NCBI GenBank assembly: GCA_041488295.1
Contig: JBGPOZ010000001.1
Span: 1,439 to 65,438 of the forward strand
Direction: 5' to 3'
DNA from: Stellaceae bacterium
GTDB lineage: Bacteria; Pseudomonadota; Alphaproteobacteria; ATCC43930; CGMCC-115725
DNA length: 64,000 nt
The notes below the pieces were generated by a model, which made no database searches, had not been told where the DNA came from, and saw only the letters and a list, made by a program, of their open reading frames with translations. The translations under genes and the position numbers were made by a program. Each line of letters begins with the position of its first letter. The stretch's first letter is position 1. Positions 56,336 to 64,000 of this stretch are shown piece by piece.

Positions 56336-56980
56336 CTACTCCACCGGCTGCACCGCTGCGTTCTGCGCCAGGTCGAAGAGCGGGAAAAAGAATTCCGGCT
56401 CCTGCGCGCCGGAGATCGCATAGCCGCCATCGACGATGAAGCAGGGCACGCCGGAGATGCCGAGGCGCCGCGCGCTGCGGTCCTCGGTCAAGACTTCCTC
56501 GACCGCGGCCTCGCCGCCGAGCCAGCGCGATACCTCGGCGCGCTCGTAGCCGGTTTCGGCAGCGACGTCGGCAAGCGTCGCCGGATCGCCGATGTCGCGG
56601 CCCTGCTCGAAATAAGCGCTGAACAGCGCCTCGACCATCGGATCGGCGTCGCCCTGCATCGTCGCGTATCGGATGAGGCGATGGGCGTCGCGTGAATTGG
56701 GCGTGCGGCGGATGCGCTCGAAGGCGAAGGCAATGTTCTCGCCGGCGCCGGCTTCGGCAATGGCGGAATAAATCCGCGTCGCATGCGCGGCACTGCCGAA
56801 TTTCGCATTGAGGTAGGCCTCGCGCGGCATCCCGCCGTCCGGCATGTCTGGATTGAGTTGAAAAGCCCGCCAAGTCATCGAAACTGAGAGATCCGGACGT
56901 TGCACCAAAGCCCGGCCGAGGCGCCGTTTGCCGATGAAGCACCAGGGGCAGATCACATCCGAGACGATATCGATTTGCAT
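56336..56980 (-). CDS. DsbA family oxidoreductase (FrnE/2-hydroxychromene-2-carboxylate isomerase-like)
   Basis: CPWC active site in MQIDIVSDVICPWCFIGKRRL. 214 aa. Confidence 0.85.
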   Translation of the reverse strand: MQIDIVSDVICPWCFIGKRRLGRALVQRPDLSVSMTWRAFQLNPDMPDGGMPREAYLNAKFGSAAHATRIYSAIAEAGAGENIAFAFERIRRTPNSRDAHRLIRYATMQGDADPMVEALFSAYFEQGRDIGDPATLADVAAETGYERAEVSRWLGGEAAVEEVLTEDRSARRLGISGVPCFIVDGGYAISGAQEPEFFFPLFDLAQNAAVQPVE

Positions 56981-57162
56981 GCCGCCCTCCAGTGGCGCCG
57001 GCTCCTCCGCCGATGAAATGGCCGATCGTGGTCGGCGGGCATAGATGATCGCAGATTATCTTCAAAGTGGCGAGACGCGGCAATGCCTCGGACCCCCTCG
57101 GCTTGACCCGTGCGGTGGGCGAGAGGAGGATCGGCGCACCGGGCCGCCGGCGGAGACACGAG

Positions 57163-58809
57163 ATGGAAGAAACGAACCCTTTGAGCAACTTCGATGCCGG
57201 CCATATGCAACGACAGGCGGCCAACTGTGCGGCACTTTCGCCGCTCTCCTATCTGCCGCGCGCGGCGGCGATCGACCCGGCGAAGACCGCGGTCATTCAC
57301 GGGCCCACTCGCACCAGCTACGGCGCGCTCTACACGCGCTGTCGGCGCCTCGCCGATGCGCTGCGCCGACGCGGCATCGGCGGTGGCGACGCGGTCGCCA
57401 TCATGGCGCCCAACATTCCGGCGTTGCTCGAGGCGCATTATGGGGTGCCGATGGCCGGCGGCGTCCTCAACGCGCTCAATTATCGTCTCGATGCCCGCGC
57501 GATCGCCTTCATTCTCGAGCATGGCGGCGCCAAACTCGTCCTCGTCGACGGCGAATTCGCGGGGACGATGCGCGAGGCCTTGGCGCTTCTTGCGCGGCCC
57601 CCTGCGGCGATCGACATCGTCGATGCGCTTCACGAAGGAAAGGAGCGCATCGGCGAGATGGACTACGAGGCGTTCCTCGCAACTGGCGATGCCGAGGCCC
57701 CGTGGACCATGCCCAGGGATGAATGGCAGGCGATCGCGCTCAATTACACCTCCGGCACGACCGGCAATCCCAAGGGCGTCGTCCTCCATCACCGGGGCGC
57801 CTATCTCAACGCGCTCGGCAATGCGATCGCCTTCGGACTCTCGGCGCAGACGGTCTATCTCTGGACACTGCCGATGTTCCACTGCAACGGCTGGACCTAT
57901 AGCTGGGCGGTGACGGCGGCGCTCGGGACTCATGTCTGTTTGCGGCGCGTCGAGCCCGCCGCGATCTTCTCGGCGATCGCGGAGCACGGCGTCACCCATC
58001 TGTGCGGTGCGCCCATCGTCCTCAACATGCTGGTTCACGCGCCGGAGGGCGCAAGGTGCAAATTTCCGCAGATCGTCGAAGTCGCGACCGGGGGCGCGGC
58101 ACCGCCTTCGACGATCATCGCCAACATGGAGCGCATGGGCTTTCGCGTGACGCACCTCTATGGCCTTACCGAATCCTATGGTCCGGCGGCTCTGTGCGAG
58201 TGGCAGGCGGAGTGGCAGGACCTGCCGCTCGATGAGCGTTCCGCTTTCATGGCGCGGCAAGGGGTGCGTTACCCGACGCTCGATGGCGCGCGGGTGGTCG
58301 ATCCCACAACCATGCGCGACGTGCCGAGCGACGGCTCGTCGATCGGCGAGCTCATGCTGCGCGGCAATACTGTGATGAAGGGATATTTGAAGAATCCGGC
58401 GGCGACGGAAGAGGCGTTCGCCGGCGGGTGGTATCACACCGGTGACCTCGCCGTCCGCCATTCTGACGGCTATGTCGAAATCAAGGACCGCGCGAAGGAC
58501 ATCATCATCTCGGGTGGCGAAAATATCTCTTCGCTCGAGATCGAGGAGGTGCTCTATCGGCATCCGCAGATCTTCGAAGCCGCGGTCGTCGCTCGGCCCG
58601 ACGCAAAATGGGGCGAGAGCCCGTGCGCTTTCGTCACGGTAAAGCCGGGCGGTGAGCCGCCCTCGGCGGCCGAGATCATCGCCTGGTGCCGAGCGCATCT
58701 TGCCCATTTCAAGGCACCGAAGACGGTGGTGTTCGGACCGCTCCCAAAGACCTCGACCGGCAAAATTCAGAAATTCTCCCTCCGCGCGCAGGCACGAACC
58801 CTCTCTTGA
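57163..58809 (+). CDS. acyl-CoA synthetase (AMP-binding, medium-chain type)
   Basis: ATG 57163. AMP-binding motif YTSGTTGNPKGV, then YGLTES, GWYHTGD, and the C-terminal lysine in KTSTGKIQK. Confidence 0.85.
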   Translation: MEETNPLSNFDAGHMQRQAANCAALSPLSYLPRAAAIDPAKTAVIHGPTRTSYGALYTRCRRLADALRRRGIGGGDAVAIMAPNIPALLEAHYGVPMAGGVLNALNYRLDARAIAFILEHGGAKLVLVDGEFAGTMREALALLARPPAAIDIVDALHEGKERIGEMDYEAFLATGDAEAPWTMPRDEWQAIALNYTSGTTGNPKGVVLHHRGAYLNALGNAIAFGLSAQTVYLWTLPMFHCNGWTYSWAVTAALGTHVCLRRVEPAAIFSAIAEHGVTHLCGAPIVLNMLVHAPEGARCKFPQIVEVATGGAAPPSTIIANMERMGFRVTHLYGLTESYGPAALCEWQAEWQDLPLDERSAFMARQGVRYPTLDGARVVDPTTMRDVPSDGSSIGELMLRGNTVMKGYLKNPAATEEAFAGGWYHTGDLAVRHSDGYVEIKDRAKDIIISGGENISSLEIEEVLYRHPQIFEAAVVARPDAKWGESPCAFVTVKPGGEPPSAAEIIAWCRAHLAHFKAPKTVVFGPLPKTSTGKIQKFSLRAQARTLS

Positions 58810-58882
58810 CCCGTCCTAAGTTCTGGTTCGGCCTTCGGCGCTTGCTCGAATTAACCATGGCGTAACCAGCGTCCACTATACG

Positions 58883-59446
58883 ATGAGCATGGCTGAGACC
58901 GCGCAGACCCTCATTCTGCCGTCGGACAAACCGCCTGGTGACAGCTCGCTTCGCGGCTGGTACGTCTGCGACTCGACTACCGAATGCATCGGCTGGAATC
59001 GCCATATCGCGCGCTTCTTCGAATACTGGCTCGCCATCTCGCCGCCTAGCCGCTTGCCGGGCCGCCAGCATTTCGATCCGCTCGACATTCCGGCTTTGCT
59101 GTCGCGCGTCTGGATCCTCGATGTCGTGCCCGAGCCTGTCGGCCTGCGCTTCCGTTACCGCCTCGTCGGCACCAAGGAAGTCGAAACCTTGGAGCGCGAC
59201 GTGACCGGTCAGTGGCTCGACGAGGTGCATCCGCATTTGGCGGAACGGCCGGACGGCTTCGATCGCTTCCTTCACATCGCCAAACACGGCACGGCGACCT
59301 ACCGCAAAGGCCACCTGACGTTCATGCACCAGAAGGATCACCAAATCGTCGAGAACTGCATGGTGCCGTTGGCACGCGACGGCTCGACCGTGGACATGAT
59401 CGCTATCTGCTCGGTGCTCTATCTGTTGAGCGGCAAAGAGAATTGA
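58883..59446 (+). CDS. PAS domain-containing protein (DUF1457/PAS_5-like)
   Basis: 187 aa. W...GRQHFDPLDIPALLSRVWILDV...RFRYRLVGT.E matches the Rhizobiales PAS_5 family pattern. Confidence 0.6.
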   Translation: MSMAETAQTLILPSDKPPGDSSLRGWYVCDSTTECIGWNRHIARFFEYWLAISPPSRLPGRQHFDPLDIPALLSRVWILDVVPEPVGLRFRYRLVGTKEVETLERDVTGQWLDEVHPHLAERPDGFDRFLHIAKHGTATYRKGHLTFMHQKDHQIVENCMVPLARDGSTVDMIAICSVLYLLSGKEN

Positions 59447-59547
59447 CGCAGGCATTGAGTCTCTTCAGACACGTACACCCGCTTGGATCAGAAGTCCGGC
59501 CTAGGCCAGCATTCTCCAGCTCGTCGTCGATCTGCCGGGTGGCGCTG

Positions 59548-60801
59548 TCATGCAAGCGATGAGGGCTCGTGCTTGAGCCCGTTCCAGACGGTCGCTCGGC
59601 ATGGATTGCCACCCATCCAATAGGCGAGTTCCGCCGGGTGCTCGACGTCCCATATGGCGAAATCCGCGCGCATCCCGGTCGCGAGGACACCGCGATCGGC
59701 AAGGCCGAGCGCCCGTGCCGCCTCGCGCGTCACCCCGGCCAGCGCTTCCTCGGGCGTCAAGCGGAAGAGCGTCGCCGCCATCGACAGCATGAGAAGGAGC
59801 GAGAGGGCGGGGGAGGAGCCGGGATTGCAATTGGTTGCGATCGCCATCGGCACGCCCTCGGCGCGAAAGGCCGCTATTGGCGGTTTCTGCGCCTCGCGCA
59901 GGAAGTAGTTGGCACCCGGGAGCAGCACGGCGACCGTGCCGGCCTCGGCCATTGCTTGGACGCTCGCCGCGCTCGTGTATTCCAGGTGATCGGCGGAGAG
60001 CGCGCCGAAACGAGCGGCGAGCGCGGCGCCGGCGAGATCGGAGAGCTGGTCGGCGTGCAGCTTGACGGGAAGGCTAAGGTTGCGCGCCGTCGCGAAAATC
60101 CGCTCGGTCTCCGCCGGCGTGAAGGCGATGCCCTCGCAAAAGGCATCGACCGCGTCGGCAAGGCCAGACTCGGCGACGGCCGGAAACATCTCTTCGCAGA
60201 GAAGATCGACATCCGCTGCCTGCCGCCCGGCGAATTCGGGCGGCACGGCGTGGGCGCCGAGGAAGCTTGTCGCGATGGATACCGGAAGCCTGTCGCCGAG
60301 CCGCCGCGCGGTGCGCAGCATCTTCAACTCGGTGTCGGTATCGAGGCCATAGCCCGATTTCACCTCGACCGTCGTCACCCCCTCGCGCAGAAGATTGAGA
60401 AGCCGGGCGCGCGCCGCGGCGAAGAGCGCATCCTCGCTCGCCGCGCGCGTTGCGGCGACGGTCGAGACGATGCCACCGCCGGCACGCGCGATCTCGGCGT
60501 AGCTGGCGCCTTGCAACCGAAGCTCGAACTCACGCGCCCGGGCGCCGCCGAAGATGAGGTGGGTATGGCAATCGATGAGCCCGGGGGTGATCCACCGTCC
60601 GCCCGCATCATGAACCGCGTCGGCTAGCCGCTCCGGCGCGCCGGTAAGCTCGCCCATCCCGCCCAGCCAGGCGATCCGTCCGCCTGCGACGGCAAGGGCA
60701 GCATCTTCGCGTGAGCCGTACGGCACGCCGCCCGTCGCCATCGTGGCGAGGCGGCAATTGACCCAAAGACTGTCCCAGCGTGGCGAAGGCGAGTTCGGCA
60801 T
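59548..60801 (-). CDS. hutI: imidazolonepropionase
   Basis: ATG 60801 ([21 protein letters not shown]...). Amidohydrolase metal motif GLIDCHTHL, and NCNPGSS near the C-terminus. Confidence 0.9.
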   Translation of the reverse strand: MPNSPSPRWDSLWVNCRLATMATGGVPYGSREDAALAVAGGRIAWLGGMGELTGAPERLADAVHDAGGRWITPGLIDCHTHLIFGGARAREFELRLQGASYAEIARAGGGIVSTVAATRAASEDALFAAARARLLNLLREGVTTVEVKSGYGLDTDTELKMLRTARRLGDRLPVSIATSFLGAHAVPPEFAGRQAADVDLLCEEMFPAVAESGLADAVDAFCEGIAFTPAETERIFATARNLSLPVKLHADQLSDLAGAALAARFGALSADHLEYTSAASVQAMAEAGTVAVLLPGANYFLREAQKPPIAAFRAEGVPMAIATNCNPGSSPALSLLLMLSMAATLFRLTPEEALAGVTREAARALGLADRGVLATGMRADFAIWDVEHPAELAYWMGGNPCRATVWNGLKHEPSSLA

Positions 60802-60998
60802 CAAGAGATCCTTCCGGGTGGCACGTAACCGCACCTGATGGATCGTGTCTAGCGATTGGTGGGACGTTCCCTATCCTAGTGTACTGACTCTGACGCTACG
60901 CTCCCCTTCTCCGGCATATCGGGTGAAGCCCGGCCATGACGAAACCGGAAGACCGAGGGATTTTGTTAGAGCCACGACCGCTAGATCGACGTTCCGGC

Positions 60999-61904
60999 CT
61001 AGCGGCCAGAATTGATGAGGGCGATGCCGGCGAGGATCGCCAGGACCCCGGCCCATTGGTGGCGGGCGAGCTGCTCGTGCAGCACGATGCGGCCGAGCAG
61101 GGCGGCGACCCCACTCGACAGCGTGCTCAGCACCGTGACCTCGGCGATCCGACCGGTGGCGAGGCCGGCGGCGAAGGCGGTATAGGCGCCGACCGAGAAG
61201 CCGCCGGTGCCGAACACCACCGGCCAGGCGCGCAGCGGCGGCGGCAGCAGGCTCTGGCGGGCCGGGACGGCGAGCGCCGCCATGATGACGACGCCCATTG
61301 CGTAGTAGAGCCACATCGGCACGATGTAGCCGAGCGCCGGCACCGCGAAGCGCCCCTGCACCCACGACCCGAGCCCGTAGCCGGCCGAGGCCAGCAGCGC
61401 CCAGCCGACACCGCGCAGCGAGCGCTGCCTGGCCGGCGCCGCGGCGCCGCCGCGGGGCGCCGGGGTCGAGGCGAGGGCGACGCCGGCGACAGTCGTGGCG
61501 ATGCCGCCGATGGTGATGCCGCTGAGCGCCTCGCCCGAGAGCGCCGCCAGCGCCGCGGTGACCGCGCCGTAGCTCGCCGTCACCGGCGAGACGACGCCGA
61601 GCCGGCCGATCGCGAGCGCGCGGAAGAGGGCGGTCGAGGCGATGAGGACCAGCGGCGCTGCGACCAGCCCGGCCACCCAGGCCTGCCACGGCGCATCGTC
61701 GACGGCGCGCGCGAGGTCGGCATGGTCGAGGGCGAGCCAGACCGACATCGCGGCGAGGCCCGGGCACTGCACGAAGAACATCGCCCGATAGGTGCCGATG
61801 GCGCGGCCGGAGAAGCGGGCGAGCAGATCGGTGATGCCCCAGCCCAAGGCGGCAAGGAGGCCGAGGATGACGGTCATGGGCGCATTGGGGGACGCCGGTT
61901 CCAA
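60999..61904 (-). CDS. DMT superfamily (EamA-like) transporter
   Basis: 301 aa, about 10 TM helices, two EamA-like halves. Confidence 0.75.
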   Translation of the reverse strand: MEPASPNAPMTVILGLLAALGWGITDLLARFSGRAIGTYRAMFFVQCPGLAAMSVWLALDHADLARAVDDAPWQAWVAGLVAAPLVLIASTALFRALAIGRLGVVSPVTASYGAVTAALAALSGEALSGITIGGIATTVAGVALASTPAPRGGAAAPARQRSLRGVGWALLASAGYGLGSWVQGRFAVPALGYIVPMWLYYAMGVVIMAALAVPARQSLLPPPLRAWPVVFGTGGFSVGAYTAFAAGLATGRIAEVTVLSTLSSGVAALLGRIVLHEQLARHQWAGVLAILAGIALINSGR

Positions 61905-62179
61905 GGGGAAGGGGGCATGCCGTCCGGCAGGACAAGATCAGGCGTCCGCCCGGAGCTGCGGCGCCACCGTAAGAGGTCGGGGTGCGCGGAGCCTAGAGAT
62001 ATTCACGGCACGTCATGGCGGCCGCCGCTCTCGCTTGGCGAGATCTTTGCCAATCCCCCTATCCACTAGACGCACGGCCATCTTAGGATCGACTCAATCG
62101 CCTTCCGTTGCCGGTGATCGCGATCACGCTTAGAGTCGACACGTCGGAGTGGACGAAGGGCGATGCAATCAAATCCCAC

Positions 62180-63556
62180 ATGAGAACGCTTTTTGCTGAA
62201 ACGGCGCTGACCCCGGCGGGTTGGGTGAGCAACCTGCGTATCGCCATCGACGCCGCAGGCGACATCGCTGTGCTTGAGCCCGATGCGGTGCCGGACGGCG
62301 CGGAGCGGCTTGCTGGGCCGGTCGTTCCCGGCATGCCCAACCTTCACTCGCACGCATTCCAGCGGGCTATGGCGGGCTTGACGGAGCGGGCGAGCGGAAA
62401 CGGCGACAGTTTTTGGAGCTGGCGCGAGGTCATGTACCGCTTTCTGGCCAAGCTCTCGCCCGACGACGTCGCAGCAATTGCGGCGCAGCTCTATGTCGAG
62501 ATGGTGAAGGCGGGCTATACCGCCGTCGCCGAGTTCCACTACCTGCATCACCAGCCCGACGGTCGGCCCTATGCGGACCGATGTGCGATGTCGGAGGCGA
62601 TCATCTCCGCCGCATCGGAAGCGGGCATCGGCATCTCGCTCCTGCCGACTCTCTATCAGGTCGGCGGGTTCGATGGTCGGCCGCCGAACGAGGTGCAGCG
62701 CCGGTTCGTTAACTCCGATGAAGAATTCATCGATCTCTGGTGCGAGCTTGCGCGCCGCCATTACGACGAACCGCAAGTGAGGCTCGGGGTCGCATTCCAC
62801 TCGTTGCGCGCTGTGCCGGTGGCTTCGCTCCGGGCGGTGGAGGCGGAATTCAACGAAATCGCTCTCCTCGCGCCACGCCATATTCACATCGCCGAGCAGG
62901 CGCGTGAGGTCGATGAGTGCATTGCTGCCCGTGGCTGCCGGCCGGTCGAGTGGCTGATGGACCATATCGAGCCGGACCCGTTGTGGTGCCTCGTTCATGC
63001 CACCCATATGACCGAGCGCGAGGCAGGACGCGTCGCAGGTTCCTCCGCGACTGTCGGGCTGTGCCCGACGACCGAGGGCAATCTCGGCGACGGCTTCTTT
63101 CCACTCGCCGAATTTTTGGCGGCGGGCGGAAGCTGGGGGATCGGCTCGGACAGTCACATATCGATCAATCCCGCGGAGGAGCTGCGTTGGCTCGAATACG
63201 GGCACCGCCTCTTGAAGGAACGGCGCAACCTCGCCACGGCCGGGGCCATCGGTTCGACCGGCGCCGCTCTGTGGCGTGGCGCGCTTGCCGGCGGTGCCGC
63301 CGCGCTCGGCCGCAAGATCGGCGCGCTGGCCCCGGGGCATCGGGCCGATCTTCTCGTGCTCGATGCCGGCGCGCCGTCGCTTTATGGGCGAGGCGACGAT
63401 CTCGTCCTCGATGCTCTCGTTTTCGCCGGGATCGGCGATGCCATCCGCGATGTCATGGTCGGCGGAAAATGGGTCGTGCGCGACCGGCTGCATGATAAGG
63501 AGGATGAGATCGCCGGCGCCTTCCGTCAGGCGATCGACCGGCTTTTGGGAGATTAG
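62180..63556 (+). CDS. hutF: formimidoylglutamate deiminase
   Basis: ATG 62180. Amidohydrolase motif [15 protein letters not shown], and GSDSH. It lies adjacent to hutU. Confidence 0.85.
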   Translation: MRTLFAETALTPAGWVSNLRIAIDAAGDIAVLEPDAVPDGAERLAGPVVPGMPNLHSHAFQRAMAGLTERASGNGDSFWSWREVMYRFLAKLSPDDVAAIAAQLYVEMVKAGYTAVAEFHYLHHQPDGRPYADRCAMSEAIISAASEAGIGISLLPTLYQVGGFDGRPPNEVQRRFVNSDEEFIDLWCELARRHYDEPQVRLGVAFHSLRAVPVASLRAVEAEFNEIALLAPRHIHIAEQAREVDECIAARGCRPVEWLMDHIEPDPLWCLVHATHMTEREAGRVAGSSATVGLCPTTEGNLGDGFFPLAEFLAAGGSWGIGSDSHISINPAEELRWLEYGHRLLKERRNLATAGAIGSTGAALWRGALAGGAAALGRKIGALAPGHRADLLVLDAGAPSLYGRGDDLVLDALVFAGIGDAIRDVMVGGKWVVRDRLHDKEDEIAGAFRQAIDRLLGD

Positions 63557-63558
63557 GG

Positions 63559-64000
63559 ATGGGGCATACGAGCCGCCGCGACAACAGCCGCACCATTCGC
63601 GCCCCGCGCGGCAGCACGCTCTCATGCCGGAGCTGGCAGACCGAGGCGGCGCTGCGCATGCTCATGAACAACCTCGATGACGAAGTCGCCGAGAACCCGC
63701 AGGAGCTGGTCGTCTATGGCGGGATCGGCCGCGCGGCGCGCGATTGGCGCTGCTATGACGCAATCGTCGCCGCGCTGCGCGGGCTCGGCGATGACGAGAC
63801 TCTCCTCGTCCAGTCGGGTAAGCCGGTCGGCATCTTTCGCACCCATTCCGATGCGCCGCGCGTGCTCATCGCCAATTCGAACCTCGTCGGCCACTGGAAC
63901 ACTTGGCAGCACTTCCACGAGCTCGACCGCCAGGGCCTCATGATGTACGGCCAGATGACGGCCGGGTCGTGGATCTATATCGGCAGCCAAGGCATCGTCC
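63559..64000 (+). CDS. hutU: urocanate hydratase, N-terminal part (continues beyond window end)
   Basis: Not in the ORF track because it has no stop. Manual translation from ATG 63559 gives ...[51 protein letters not shown]...[10 protein letters not shown]...[20 protein letters not shown], which is diagnostic for HutU. Confidence 0.9.
   Translation, partial: MGHTSRRDNSRTIRAPRGSTLSCRSWQTEAALRMLMNNLDDEVAENPQELVVYGGIGRAARDWRCYDAIVAALRGLGDDETLLVQSGKPVGIFRTHSDAPRVLIANSNLVGHWNTWQHFHELDRQGLMMYGQMTAGSWIYIGSQGIV

Noticed and set aside
55449-58707. Minus-strand ORFs 55449..57224 (591 aa) and 56953..58707 (584 aa)
   Set aside because: They are antisense to or out of frame with mfd, the DsbA-like gene and the acyl-CoA synthetase. 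No motifs were found.
62066-63625. 519-aa minus-strand ORF
   Set aside because: It is antisense to hutF, which has clear amidohydrolase motifs on the plus strand.
1-64000. Search by eye for CRISPR arrays, rRNA genes, IS elements/transposases, integrases, toxin-antitoxin pairs and known defence genes
   Set aside because: I saw no regularly spaced direct repeats. None of the ORF translations showed transposase/integrase (DDE, R-H-R-Y) or defence-system signatures. The only RNA gene recognised is tRNA-Lys.

Overview
GC-rich alphaproteobacterial (Hyphomicrobiales/Rhizobiales-like) chromosomal window, densely coding on both strands. All calls come from reading the translated ORFs and the DNA by eye; no searches were run.

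Left third: organic-acid and central metabolism.
- Partial indolepyruvate:ferredoxin oxidoreductase-family gene.
- FAH-family enzymes.
- A roughly 1000-aa YdiJ-like FAD/Fe-S 2-hydroxyacid dehydrogenase.
- Class-V glyoxylate-type aminotransferase, MFS transporter, M81 peptidase.
- A glxR-ttuD-ttuC tartrate/glycerate module.

Centre (about 16.6-35.8 kb): a large hopanoid biosynthesis and transport supercluster. It comprises hpnA-B-C-D-E-shc-hpnG, hpnH-ispH, hpnM, an MlaA-like lipoprotein, hpnI-hpnJ and hpnN. copC-copD and a BTLCP cysteine peptidase sit directly upstream of hpnN.

About 38.7-42.2 kb: a visibly more AT-rich, low-coding-density accessory stretch ending at tRNA-Lys(UUU). It carries orphan small ORFs and a PEP-CTERM protein gene with a sigma-54-type promoter and an upstream palindrome.

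Right third:
- SLT transglycosylase.
- A type I secretion ABC/HlyD pair with no adjacent substrate.
- A type III polyketide synthase + ICMT-family methyltransferase operon.
- DUF502, recG, a secreted lyase-like protein, sdhE-mfd, a DsbA-like protein, an acyl-CoA synthetase and a PAS protein.
- A hutI / hutF-hutU block; hutU runs off the window end.

No rRNA, CRISPR array, transposase or integrase was recognised. Many long ORFs in the six-frame track are antisense or alternative-frame artefacts of the high GC content.
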